Origin: Acidimicrobiia bacterium
GTDB lineage: Bacteria > Actinomycetota > Acidimicrobiia > Spongiisociales > JAHEDJ01
Direction of reading: 5' to 3'
NCBI GenBank assembly: GCA_029210695.1
Contig: JARGFH010000005.1
Location: forward strand, 1-48,833
DNA length: 48,833 nt
Under the pieces are notes generated by a model. It was not told the origin of the DNA. It did no database searches and was given only the letters and a program-made list of their open reading frames with translations. Within the stretch, counting starts at the first letter, position 1. Each line of letters opens with the position of its first letter. Positions 39,799-47,903 of the stretch are shown in pieces. Both the position numbers and the translations under genes were made by a program.

Positions 39799-41625
39799 TT
39801 ACTTGGGGAGGGGAGGGACTAGGCAGACCAGCGGGTCGGAGGCGTTGCCCGAAGCGTCTACGGCATAGATGAGCATGTCTCCCTGGCCGCGGAGGTGCCA
39901 GTCGACGGCTCCGGCCTGGCCCTTGTCGCTGCCCATCTTCTTCTCAGCCGGGGGCGCCCCCGGCGCCTGGGTCCATTTCACGATAGTGCCGGCCGGATAG
40001 GGGCCGAACACGAAGCCGGTGCCCTCGTCGACCGCGTAGACCTGCGGGCTGGGGTCGACAAGATCTTCGGCGGCCAGGTCGTAGAACCCGTCCTCGTTCT
40101 GACCACCCTTCGGGCCGGGCAGACTGCTGCTGCCCGCCGGGGGAATCTTCTGGCCGTGCGGGTTGGGGCCCGGCAGACAAGCCGCCAGCGGGGGAGTGGT
40201 GTCGGCCCACAGCACGGTTGCCCGGGCACACCCGGTTTGACCGGTCGGGTCGGCGACGGTGAAGCAGGCCTGGATCACATCGGTGCCACCTCCGCCGGTG
40301 TTGGTATACGTCCACGACACGTTGCCGGCTGCATCGGCCGTGCAGTCGAGGTTCAACGTGCAGGTTCCCGTCGTACCGGTGTTGGGGCCGTCGACGATCG
40401 TGAACGTGACCAGGCGGCCGCCCACCGTCCCGGCCTCGCCGGCGATGGTCGCCGTCACCGTGTGGGTGGTATCGACCCCCAGTTCCTTCGTGGCATCTGG
40501 CGGTGCGAGATCGATGGCGTACACGCTCACAGTGGTGCAGGCCGGCCCGCTGTCACCGGGGCCGCCGGCATCGGCTCCGAAGGCCGTCACGCACATCGTG
40601 TGGGACCCGACCCCCAGGCCGTTCGCCGGCGTCGAGTAGGTCACCGCGATCGGACCGTCCTGGGGGAGCGGCAGTGAGATATCGCCGTTGGGAATCGTGA
40701 CCGGTGCCCCGCCGTCCACCGACAATTCGAGCGAGTCGAGGGTTGAGGACAAGAGACCGAAAATCACATCCGCCAGATCGGCCGGATTCGACACCTGGGT
40801 GCAGGTTCCGCCCGTGCCGTCGGCGATGGCCTGGAGGGTTCCGTTATTGCCACCCGCACACGAAGCCGCCTGCCCGACCGCGAACGAGTGCGCGACCGCA
40901 CCGGTTGCCCCGAGGGCGGCGACGTTGTCGGAGAACTCCGTGAAGGCGCCGTCGTTGCTGAGCCCATCGGAGAGGAACACAACGATGTTGGTGGTGTTGC
41001 TGCTCGCCCCGACGATGGTGGTGGCGGCGGCCACTCCGGCGGAGAAGTTCGTCCGTCCTCGATCGGCATCCTTCGGGGTGAACTGAGTGGGGCCCGCCTG
41101 TCCGGCCAACGCCACGACGGAGGTGAGGACGGTGCCCACGTCTCCCGGCCCGGCGTCCGGCGTCGTGGTCGGATCGTCGCCTCCGCCCGGCGTCATGTCG
41201 GCCACCTGGGACCGGCGGCCGTAGACGGCCAGGCCCACTTCGTCGACAGAACCCGAATTGATGGCTGCCTGGTTCAGGGCCAGCAATCCGGCGATCTGGC
41301 AGTCCAGGATCGAGTTGAAGATGGCGTCGGCGTTCAGATCGCCCCCGCAATCCCCCAGCGAATCGTTTTCCACGCTGCCGGACACGTCGAGGACGTACAC
41401 GACTGTGGCGTCACCACTCCCGAAACCCACCGAGGCGGTGCCTTCCACGTCGACGTCGACCGTGCCGGAAATCGAGGGAACCACATACTCCGTTCCGTCG
41501 AACGGAGCGTCGAGCGTGACGTCGATGGGTGTGCCGTTGGGGAGCAGCGTTGCCGAGGACGACGCCAGCGCCGGCAGCGAGGCAAACACCAGGACGATGG
41601 CGGTCGGGACGATCAGACGCTTCAC
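39799..41625 (-). CDS. Secreted vWA + Ig-like protein with C-terminal QNEDGFY...CLVPPLPK domain
   Basis: Signal peptide KRLIVPTAIVLVFASLPALA; MIDAS DVSGS, TNF, FLSDG; Big-1-like THTVTATI...GTDVIQACF; start uncertain (41625 or 41664). Confidence 0.85.
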   Translation of the reverse strand: MKRLIVPTAIVLVFASLPALASSSATLLPNGTPIDVTLDAPFDGTEYVVPSISGTVDVDVEGTASVGFGSGDATVVYVLDVSGSVENDSLGDCGGDLNADAIFNSILDCQIAGLLALNQAAINSGSVDEVGLAVYGRRSQVADMTPGGGDDPTTTPDAGPGDVGTVLTSVVALAGQAGPTQFTPKDADRGRTNFSAGVAAATTIVGASSNTTNIVVFLSDGLSNDGAFTEFSDNVAALGATGAVAHSFAVGQAASCAGGNNGTLQAIADGTGGTCTQVSNPADLADVIFGLLSSTLDSLELSVDGGAPVTIPNGDISLPLPQDGPIAVTYSTPANGLGVGSHTMCVTAFGADAGGPGDSGPACTTVSVYAIDLAPPDATKELGVDTTHTVTATIAGEAGTVGGRLVTFTIVDGPNTGTTGTCTLNLDCTADAAGNVSWTYTNTGGGGTDVIQACFTVADPTGQTGCARATVLWADTTPPLAACLPGPNPHGQKIPPAGSSSLPGPKGGQNEDGFYDLAAEDLVDPSPQVYAVDEGTGFVFGPYPAGTIVKWTQAPGAPPAEKKMGSDKGQAGAVDWHLRGQGDMLIYAVDASGNASDPLVCLVPPLPK

Positions 41626-41773
41626 GATGGACCCCGTTCCACTAGGGGCCTTCCATCCCACCACCTGTGAGGTTTATATCACTCAGAGTGGGGTCGGTCA
41701 AGTGACGGCAGGTGCGGCTCTGCTGCGATTGGCCGGGTCATGCCCCCCTAGCTCCCGACGTGAGGACGGTCGT

Positions 41774-42020
41774 GCCCCCTCCGCTTTCGCCTGCGGCGAA
41801 ACCACCTCCCCCGCCTTCAGCGGGGGAGGAGCGCTTTGGCCCTCTCGGCCCCCATGGGGGAGAAAAGCGTTGAGCCTTTCTGCTGGGAGTTCTCGGTCCT
41901 CCCCGGCAGTCGCGCAGTCGCCTTGCGTGTTGTGTTCTCCCCTCGCCGCTGGGCGGGGGTAGTCCCGGAGCGAAGCGGAGGGGAGGGGGGTCGGGTGACC
42001 GGCAGCGGGGAGGAACGCGG
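41774..42020. repeat. REP-like doublet left of the DUF559 gene
   Basis: GCCCCCTCCGCTTTCGCC..GGCGAAACCACCTCCCCCG..CGGGGGAGGA (41774-41830) plus the opposed unit 41934-41990. Confidence 0.85.
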
Positions 42021-42099
42021 TTTGGCCACCTCGGCCTCGTGCCGTGGGGGAGAACCGCGTGGAGCCTGTCCCCTTCGAGGGCTCTCCTGCGCCGCGCTG

Positions 42100-42474
42100 G
42101 TCGGTCGAGGTAGCAGGAGGCGGCGGCCGGATCGCTGAGTACGTGGTTGATGACGCGCAGTGTTCCCTCGATGTTGTCGAGTACGTACCGTTCGGTGAAA
42201 TGCAGAACCGTCCAGCCTCGCGTCCGGAACCACTCGTCCCGGCGCTCCGCGTAGGCGTGGTCTCTGTACTCGTGGCTGCTGCCGTCCACCTCGATGATCA
42301 GCCTCTTCGAGAGGCAAGCGAAGTCGATGATGTAGGGGCCGGTCGGTTCCTGACGCGAAAGCGCACGGCGAGTTGGCCGCCCCGGACCTGCTGCCACAGG
42401 TATATCTCCGCCCAGGTCGATTCGCGTCGCATGGTGCGGGCGTATGCCTTTTGTCGTTTTGTGCGTCTCGCCAT
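42100..42474 (-). pseudogene. DUF559 (Vsr-like PD-(D/E)XK) endonuclease, frameshifted
   Basis: ARTMRRESTWAEIYLWQQVRGGQLAVRFR then a 1-nt loss at about 42353 into QEPTGPYIIDFACLSKRLIIEVDGSSHE...RDEWFRTRGWTVLHF; 3' end approximate because the frame reads on to 41738. Confidence 0.85.
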
Positions 42475-42528
42475 GTCGGATTGATATCGCACAGCTGGGA
42501 CGGAAACTCGCGAGCGCGGGTCTGGTTG

Positions 42529-42812
42529 GCCCCCTCCGCCTTCGCCTTCGGCGAAACCACCTCCCCCGCTTTCAGCGGGGGAGGAACGCGTTTGGGCTTG
42601 TTGTCTGGGGTGGAACGGTGTCGCGTTCTCCCCTCGCCGTTGGGCGGGGGGAGTCCCGGAGTGAAGCGGAGGGGTGAGGGGCTGCTGTGTGGGGTTGCTG
42701 CCCCCCTCCGCTTTCGCCTTCGGCGAAACCACCTCCCCCGCTTTCAGCGGTGGAGGAACGACGTGATTTGCAGCGGTGGAGGAACGCGGTGAATGTCGCG
42801 GGGAGGAACGCG
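42529..42812. repeat. REP-like doublet plus extra unit right of the DUF559 gene
   Basis: 42529-42590, 42625-42681 and 42700-42760 repeat the units of 41774-41990 in the same order and orientation. Confidence 0.88.
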
Positions 42813-43183
42813 GTCCGTGGTCTTTCTTCGAGCGAGAGCCCCGGTAACTAGTCGATTCGCGCGGGTTGCGACCAGTTATTGGCAGGAAGGAGTGTCGCCG
42901 TTATGGTGGCAATGAAACCACTTGGGGTGGTTTGCGGGCTGGGAGCGATGATCCCTGAACCAATGATCGGTCACTGAGTTCAGGGGGAGCGTGAGGTGAC
43001 CGATCCGACCCGATCGGTGCGGGCGTGCTGCAGATCACGGCACGACGGGAGGGCCGCCCGGGTCGAGACGAAGGCGCTGGCGCTCAGAGATGAGCACAGC
43101 GCCTTCGCGCGTTTTCCGCTGATCCCTTCTATGCCTCGGATGCCAACCCGTTGTCGGCCGGGTGGAGACGTAGACTCAACCCC

Positions 43184-43762
43184 ATGACGACGATCGACGC
43201 GGCTGTTGCCGCCATTCACCGTGGGCTCATCGTGGGTGTGCCCACCGACACCGTATACGGCCTGGCGGTTGATCCGCTCAACACGGAGGCCGTGGCGGCG
43301 CTCTACGAGTTGAAGGGCAGACCCGACGAGAAGGCTATTCCCGTTCTGGTGGCGACCGTCGCCCAGGCACTCGAGATCGTCGACATCCCGCCTGAGATCG
43401 AAGATATGGCCTTGCGCCATTGGCCGGGACCGTTGACCTTGGTGCTGCGCCGGCACGTTGAACTGCCGGATTGGGTGGGGGAGCGCGAGCGGGGAACCGT
43501 CGCCGTGCGGATCCCGGATCATCCCGTCGCTCTTGACTTTCTCAGTGCGGCCGGGCCTTTGGCGGTGACATCGGCCAATCGTAGTGGCAACCCTCCAGCT
43601 CAAGATGAGGTTGAGGCTCGGGAGCTGCTGGGCAGTGGTGTGGCGGTCTACCTGGAGGGGAGAAGCCCAGGCGGGGAACCCAGCACCGTTGTGGACATGA
43701 CCACCAATCCGCCCCGACTGGTGCGTGAAGGACCGGTGACGTTCGGGGACTTGCTCGGCTAG
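43184..43762 (+). CDS. tsaC: L-threonylcarbamoyladenylate synthase (Sua5/YrdC)
   Basis: PTDTVYGL, LKGRP..K, WPGPLTLVL, TVAVRIPDHP, TSANRSG, PSTVVD. Confidence 0.95.
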   Translation: MTTIDAAVAAIHRGLIVGVPTDTVYGLAVDPLNTEAVAALYELKGRPDEKAIPVLVATVAQALEIVDIPPEIEDMALRHWPGPLTLVLRRHVELPDWVGERERGTVAVRIPDHPVALDFLSAAGPLAVTSANRSGNPPAQDEVEARELLGSGVAVYLEGRSPGGEPSTVVDMTTNPPRLVREGPVTFGDLLG

Positions 43763-43786
43763 GCCGACTGGAACGAAACCCGAAGG

Positions 43787-44806
43787 TCAATCGGGGTCTG
43801 CGAAGCCGTAGGGGTTCTGGGATTGCCAGCGCCATACGTCCGCGCACATTTCGTCGACACTGCGGTCGGCGGCCCAGCCCAGAACACGTTTGGCCTTTGA
43901 AACGTCGGCCCACACCTCGGGGGCGTCTCCCGGTCGCCGGTCTACGAGGCGGCGGGCTATGCCGGTTCCCGAAGCCCGCTCGAAGGCTTGCACCATCTCG
44001 AGAACCGATTGACCCCGGCCGGTCCCGAGGTTGATCACGTCGAAACCGGGTTCGCTCTCGAGGTAGTCGAGGGCGGCCACATGGCCGGCGGCCAGGTCGG
44101 TGACGTGCAGGTAGTCGCGAATGGCGGTGCCGTCCGGGGTCGGGTAATCGCTCCCGAAGATCTCCAGTTCGTCGCGTCTGCCAACCGCAACTTGCGCGAT
44201 GAAAGGCACCAGGTTGGCCGGTTTGCCCTGCGGGTCCTCCCCGATCAAGCCAGACACGTGGGCGCCGACCGGGTTGAAGTAACGAAGCGAAACGATGTTC
44301 CAGCGAGTGTCGGACGCCTGTAGATCTTCGAGCAAGTACTCACAGATGAGTTTGGTCCGGCCGTAAGGGTTGAGCGCCGACAGCGGGGACTCCTCGGTCA
44401 CCGGGAGTTGTTCCGGCATGCCGTAAACGGTCGCCGAGGAGCTGTAGACCAAGTTCCGCACGTCATGGCGGTCGAGCACCTCGCAGAGAGTGGCCGTTCC
44501 GCCGACGCTGTTCTGGTAGTAGTGCAGCGGCCGCCTGACCGACTCCTCGACCGCCTTGGGAGCGGCGAAGTGAATGACCGCGTCGAACGAGCGCTGGCCC
44601 ATCAGGTCCTCGAGGGCGGAATCGTCGCGGACGTCGATCTCAAAGAAATCGATGTCTGTCCCGGTGATCTCCCGGAGTCGATCGAGCACGGCCGGCCTGC
44701 TGTTGGAGAAGTTGTCGATCAACGTGACCTGGTGGCCCGCTTCGATCAGTTCGACGGCAGTGTGACTACCGATGTAGCCGGTCCCACCGGTCAGCAGGAT
44801 GTTCAT
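43787..44806 (-). CDS. galE: UDP-glucose 4-epimerase
   Basis: TGGTGYIGSHT, SSSATVYG, YGRTK, LRYFNPVGAH, DYPTPDGTAIRDYLHV. Confidence 0.96.
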   Translation of the reverse strand: MNILLTGGTGYIGSHTAVELIEAGHQVTLIDNFSNSRPAVLDRLREITGTDIDFFEIDVRDDSALEDLMGQRSFDAVIHFAAPKAVEESVRRPLHYYQNSVGGTATLCEVLDRHDVRNLVYSSSATVYGMPEQLPVTEESPLSALNPYGRTKLICEYLLEDLQASDTRWNIVSLRYFNPVGAHVSGLIGEDPQGKPANLVPFIAQVAVGRRDELEIFGSDYPTPDGTAIRDYLHVTDLAAGHVAALDYLESEPGFDVINLGTGRGQSVLEMVQAFERASGTGIARRLVDRRPGDAPEVWADVSKAKRVLGWAADRSVDEMCADVWRWQSQNPYGFADPD

Positions 44807-44851
44807 GCGTACTCCTCTGGGAATCTCGGGCGAAGGGTACCCGGTGTGGCT

Positions 44852-44955
44852 GCCCCCTCTGCCTCGAAGACTCGGCATCTCCCCCGCGGAGCGGGGGAGA
44901 AACGCGGTGGGTCGAGGGCTCGGTGTCTCCGGCGCGGTCGCGGGGGAGAAAACGC
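44852..44955. repeat. Family A REP-like unit plus a partial copy between divergent galE and glyA
   Basis: GCCCCCTCTGCCTCGAAGACTCGGCATCTCCCCCGCGGAGCGGGGGAGAAACGCG at 44852-44906. Confidence 0.9.
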
Positions 44956-45101
44956 CGGTGAGCGCTTTGGGGTGGCGGCTTCTCGCCTCGGTTGTTGGGA
45001 CGAATGCGGTTCTGCTCGGGGGACTCGCGTTCTTCTCCGCCGAATAAGGTGAGTATTTGCCGGGCGACTACCCTCTGGTCGACCCAATTCTGAAGGAAGC
45101 C

Positions 45102-46376
45102 ATGATCGATTCTCGCAACATCGAACACGTCGACCCGGCCATGGCCGATCTCATCCGGCGGGACCTCGACCGGCAGAACACCAGCATTCATCTGATCGCT
45201 TCTGAGAACTTCGCTTCGACTGCAGTGATGCAGGCGACCGGGTCGGTGTTCACCAACAAGTACGCAGAGGGCTATCCCGGACGGCGGTACTACGAGGGTT
45301 GCCAGATCGTCGACGAGATGGAGCGCCTGGCCCAGACGCGGGTGCTCGAACTGCTCGGCGGTGTGCACGCCAACGTCCAGCCTCATTCGGGTGCGCAGGC
45401 CAACATGGCCGTCTACTTCAGCCTGCTCGACCTCGGCGACACCGTGCTGGGAATGCGCCTCGACCAGGGCGGACACCTCACCCACGGCTCGCCCGTCAAC
45501 TTCTCCGGCCGCTACTACAACTTCGTTGCCTACGGAGTCGACCCCGTCACCGAGCGCATCGACATGGACGAGGTCCGCAAACTCGCCCACGAGCACCGGC
45601 CGAAGATCCTGCTGGCCGGATACTCGGCCTATCCCCGCCACCTCGAGTACGAGCGGTTCCGTGAGATCGCCGACGAAATCGGAGCGGTTTTCATGGTCGA
45701 CGCCGCCCACTACATCGGGTTGGTAGCCGGCAAGGCGTTCCCGAATCCGATCGAGCACGCCGACGTCGTCACCTTCACCACCCACAAGGCACTGCGCGGT
45801 GCTCGCGGTGGAGCAATCATCACCAACAACGAGGAGATGGGCCTGGAGATCCAGAAGGGGCTGTTCCCCAACGCCCAGGGGGGATCGCTGTATAACCAGA
45901 TCGCCGGCAAGGCCGTGTGTTTCCACGAAGCCGCCCAGCCGGCGTTCCAGGAGTATGCCCACCAGGTGATAGCCAACGCGGCGGCCCTGGCGGCCCGGTT
46001 CATGGAGAACGGCCTCCGTCTCGTCTCGGACGGCACCGACAACCACATGATGCTGATCGATCTCCGCTCCGTCGACGAGGAACTGACCGGCAAGGACGCC
46101 GCCAAGATGCTCGACCGCATCGGCCTCACCCTCAACTTCAACACGATTCCCTTCGACCCCCGGCCGCCGTTCCGGGCCTCGGGAGTGCGAATCGGAACAC
46201 CGTCGGTGACCACGCAGGGTATGAAGGAAGTCGAGATGGTCCAGGTGGCCGACCTCATCACCGAAGCCTTGCGCAACCACGGAGAAGAGCGGGTTCTGGC
46301 CGCCACCGAGTCGCAAATCCGCCAGTTGGCGAAGCAGTTCCCTCCGTATCCGGAGGGGTTCGTCGGGCATGTGTGA
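45102..46376 (+). CDS. glyA: Serine hydroxymethyltransferase
   Basis: LIASENF, NKYAEGYPGRRYY, NVQPHSG, GGHLTHG, TTHK (PLP lysine), SGVRIGT. Confidence 0.98.
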   Translation: MIDSRNIEHVDPAMADLIRRDLDRQNTSIHLIASENFASTAVMQATGSVFTNKYAEGYPGRRYYEGCQIVDEMERLAQTRVLELLGGVHANVQPHSGAQANMAVYFSLLDLGDTVLGMRLDQGGHLTHGSPVNFSGRYYNFVAYGVDPVTERIDMDEVRKLAHEHRPKILLAGYSAYPRHLEYERFREIADEIGAVFMVDAAHYIGLVAGKAFPNPIEHADVVTFTTHKALRGARGGAIITNNEEMGLEIQKGLFPNAQGGSLYNQIAGKAVCFHEAAQPAFQEYAHQVIANAAALAARFMENGLRLVSDGTDNHMMLIDLRSVDEELTGKDAAKMLDRIGLTLNFNTIPFDPRPPFRASGVRIGTPSVTTQGMKEVEMVQVADLITEALRNHGEERVLAATESQIRQLAKQFPPYPEGFVGHV

Positions 46377-46377
46377 G

Positions 46378-47254
46378 GCGCGAGTCGCGGGTCGCGGGTC
46401 GCGGGTCGCGGGTCGCCCCCTCTGCCTCGCAGACTCGGCATCTCCCCCACGTGCCGTGGGGGAGAAACGCGGTGGGGTGTGCCGGTGGGGGAGAACCCTG
46501 GGTGCGCGGCGGGGAGGAACGCGGTGGTGGGCCGTGGGGGAGGAAGTGTGCGATGCGCGGCGGGGAGCAAACAGATTGCGTTCTCCCCTCGCCGGAGGTG
46601 GGGGAGGGGGGCTTCTGGACCAGCGACTCGCGACCAGCAACTCGCGACCCTCAAGGAATACCTCGCTCATTGCAGGGGTTGGTTCGATTGTGAAGGGATT
46701 CACAAGTTCGTCAAGGGAACGACTGTGATAGAGCAGACCGCGGTTGATGCTTCCCATCGTGCGATGTACGAAGGCGGCCCCCCTACCTCCGCCTTTGCTT
46801 TGCTTCGGCGCAGGGACCTTCCCCCCTGCGGGGGGACCGAGGTCCGGGTGGCTCTCTCTCGGNNNNNNNNNNNNNNNNNNNNNNNNNNNNNNNNNNNNNN
46901 NNNNNNNNNNNNNNNNNNNNNNNNNNNNNNNNNNNNNNNNNNNNNNNNNNNNNNNNNNCGCTTTGCTTCGGCGCAGGGACCTTCCCCCCTGCGGGGGGAC
47001 CGAGGTCCGGGTGGCTCTCTCTGCGGGTCGTGCCCCCCTACTTCCGCCTTCGCTTTGCTTCGGCGCAGGGACCTTCCCCCCTGCGGGGGGACCGAGGATC
47101 GGGTCGGTCGGCCCCCTCTGCCTCGAGGACTCGGCATCTCCCCCACGTGCCGTGGGGGAGGAAACGCGGTGGTGCGCAGTGACGGCCCACCACTCGCGAC
47201 TAGAAACTCGCGACTCGCGACTAGAAACTCGCGACTCGCGACTAGGAACTCGCG
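46378..47254. repeat. Large repeat cluster in the glyA-atp intergenic region (heptamer arrays, families A and C), containing the assembly gap
   Basis: Heptamer arrays at 46378-46415, 46624-46650 and 47192-47254; family A at 46415-46471 and 47111-47168; family C at about 46778, 46959 and 47032; 96 N at 46863-46958. Confidence 0.9.
46688..46705. promoter_or_regulatory. Rex operator (also fits a CRP/GlxR site) upstream of the atp operon
   Basis: TTGTGAA-GGGA-TTCACAA is a perfect match to TTGTGAA-N4-TTCACAA. Confidence 0.75.
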
Positions 47255-47257
47255 ACC

Positions 47258-47491
47258 ATGAAGCGTGACAATCCACACCAGGTCGTCACCGGGGCCATCA
47301 ACGATGGGTGGGTCGAGGGGGGAAGCTTCCTCGGGTCCATTTTGGCCGGGTGGCTGCTTGGATGGTTGCTGGACTTCTGGCTCGACACCGACCCGTGGTT
47401 CATCGTGATCGGCATCATCGCCGGGTCGGTCAGCGGTTTCTATCGCATGTGGACACTGGCGACCAAGGACGACGATGTTCGAGAGAAGTGA
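47258..47491 (+). CDS. atpZ: AtpZ/AtpI family small membrane protein
   Basis: GWLLGWLLDFWLDTDPWFIVIG motif; first gene of the atp operon. Confidence 0.85.
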   Translation: MKRDNPHQVVTGAINDGWVEGGSFLGSILAGWLLGWLLDFWLDTDPWFIVIGIIAGSVSGFYRMWTLATKDDDVREK

Positions 47492-47903
47492 CGCCGAGAC
47501 CTACGTAGCCGAGCAACGGCCGGTCGAACTCGACCTGGCCAAGAGCACGGTGCGTCGCACAATCGTCGTCGGTCCCATCTTGGTAGCCGTCTTCTGGCTG
47601 GTCAGGGGATGGGACGGCGCCTGGTCTGCCGCCCTGGGGGTCGCCATCGTGGTGGGCTACTACCTCATCACCGGAGTGTTCCTGTCCATGGCGGCGCGGA
47701 TCTCGTTCGCCGCCTACTATGCGGCCGCGCTCCTTGGTTTCATCGCTCGATTGGGCCTGATCGCGGCGACGATGTATCTTCTCGCCAACATCTTGCCCGT
47801 CGACCGTATGACATTGGGAGTTACGGTCGTTGTGGCCTATCTTGCACTATTGGTTTTAGAAGTGAGAGCACTCGCGGGGAAGCGACGAGGAGACCATGGT
47901 TGA
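47475..47903 (+). CDS. atpI: ATP synthase protein I
   Basis: Four TM helices; overlaps both neighbours; directly before atpB. Confidence 0.75.
   Translation: MFERSDAETYVAEQRPVELDLAKSTVRRTIVVGPILVAVFWLVRGWDGAWSAALGVAIVVGYYLITGVFLSMAARISFAAYYAAALLGFIARLGLIAATMYLLANILPVDRMTLGVTVVVAYLALLVLEVRALAGKRRGDHG

Noticed and set aside
41738..42397. 219-aa ORF as an intact gene
   Set aside because: Its N-terminus is out of frame with the true DUF559 start at 42474 and its tail is repeat-derived.
43151..43176. RecA-NDp promoter before tsaC (TTGTCGG...TAGACT)
   Set aside because: The spacing is 3 nt too long; only the -10 box is supported.
46863..46958. N run as a biological feature
   Set aside because: Scaffold gap flanked by near-identical repeats, so local copy number and distances are uncertain.
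44766..47276. 836-aa minus-strand ORF
   Set aside because: It is the antisense shadow of glyA plus translated repeats and the N gap.
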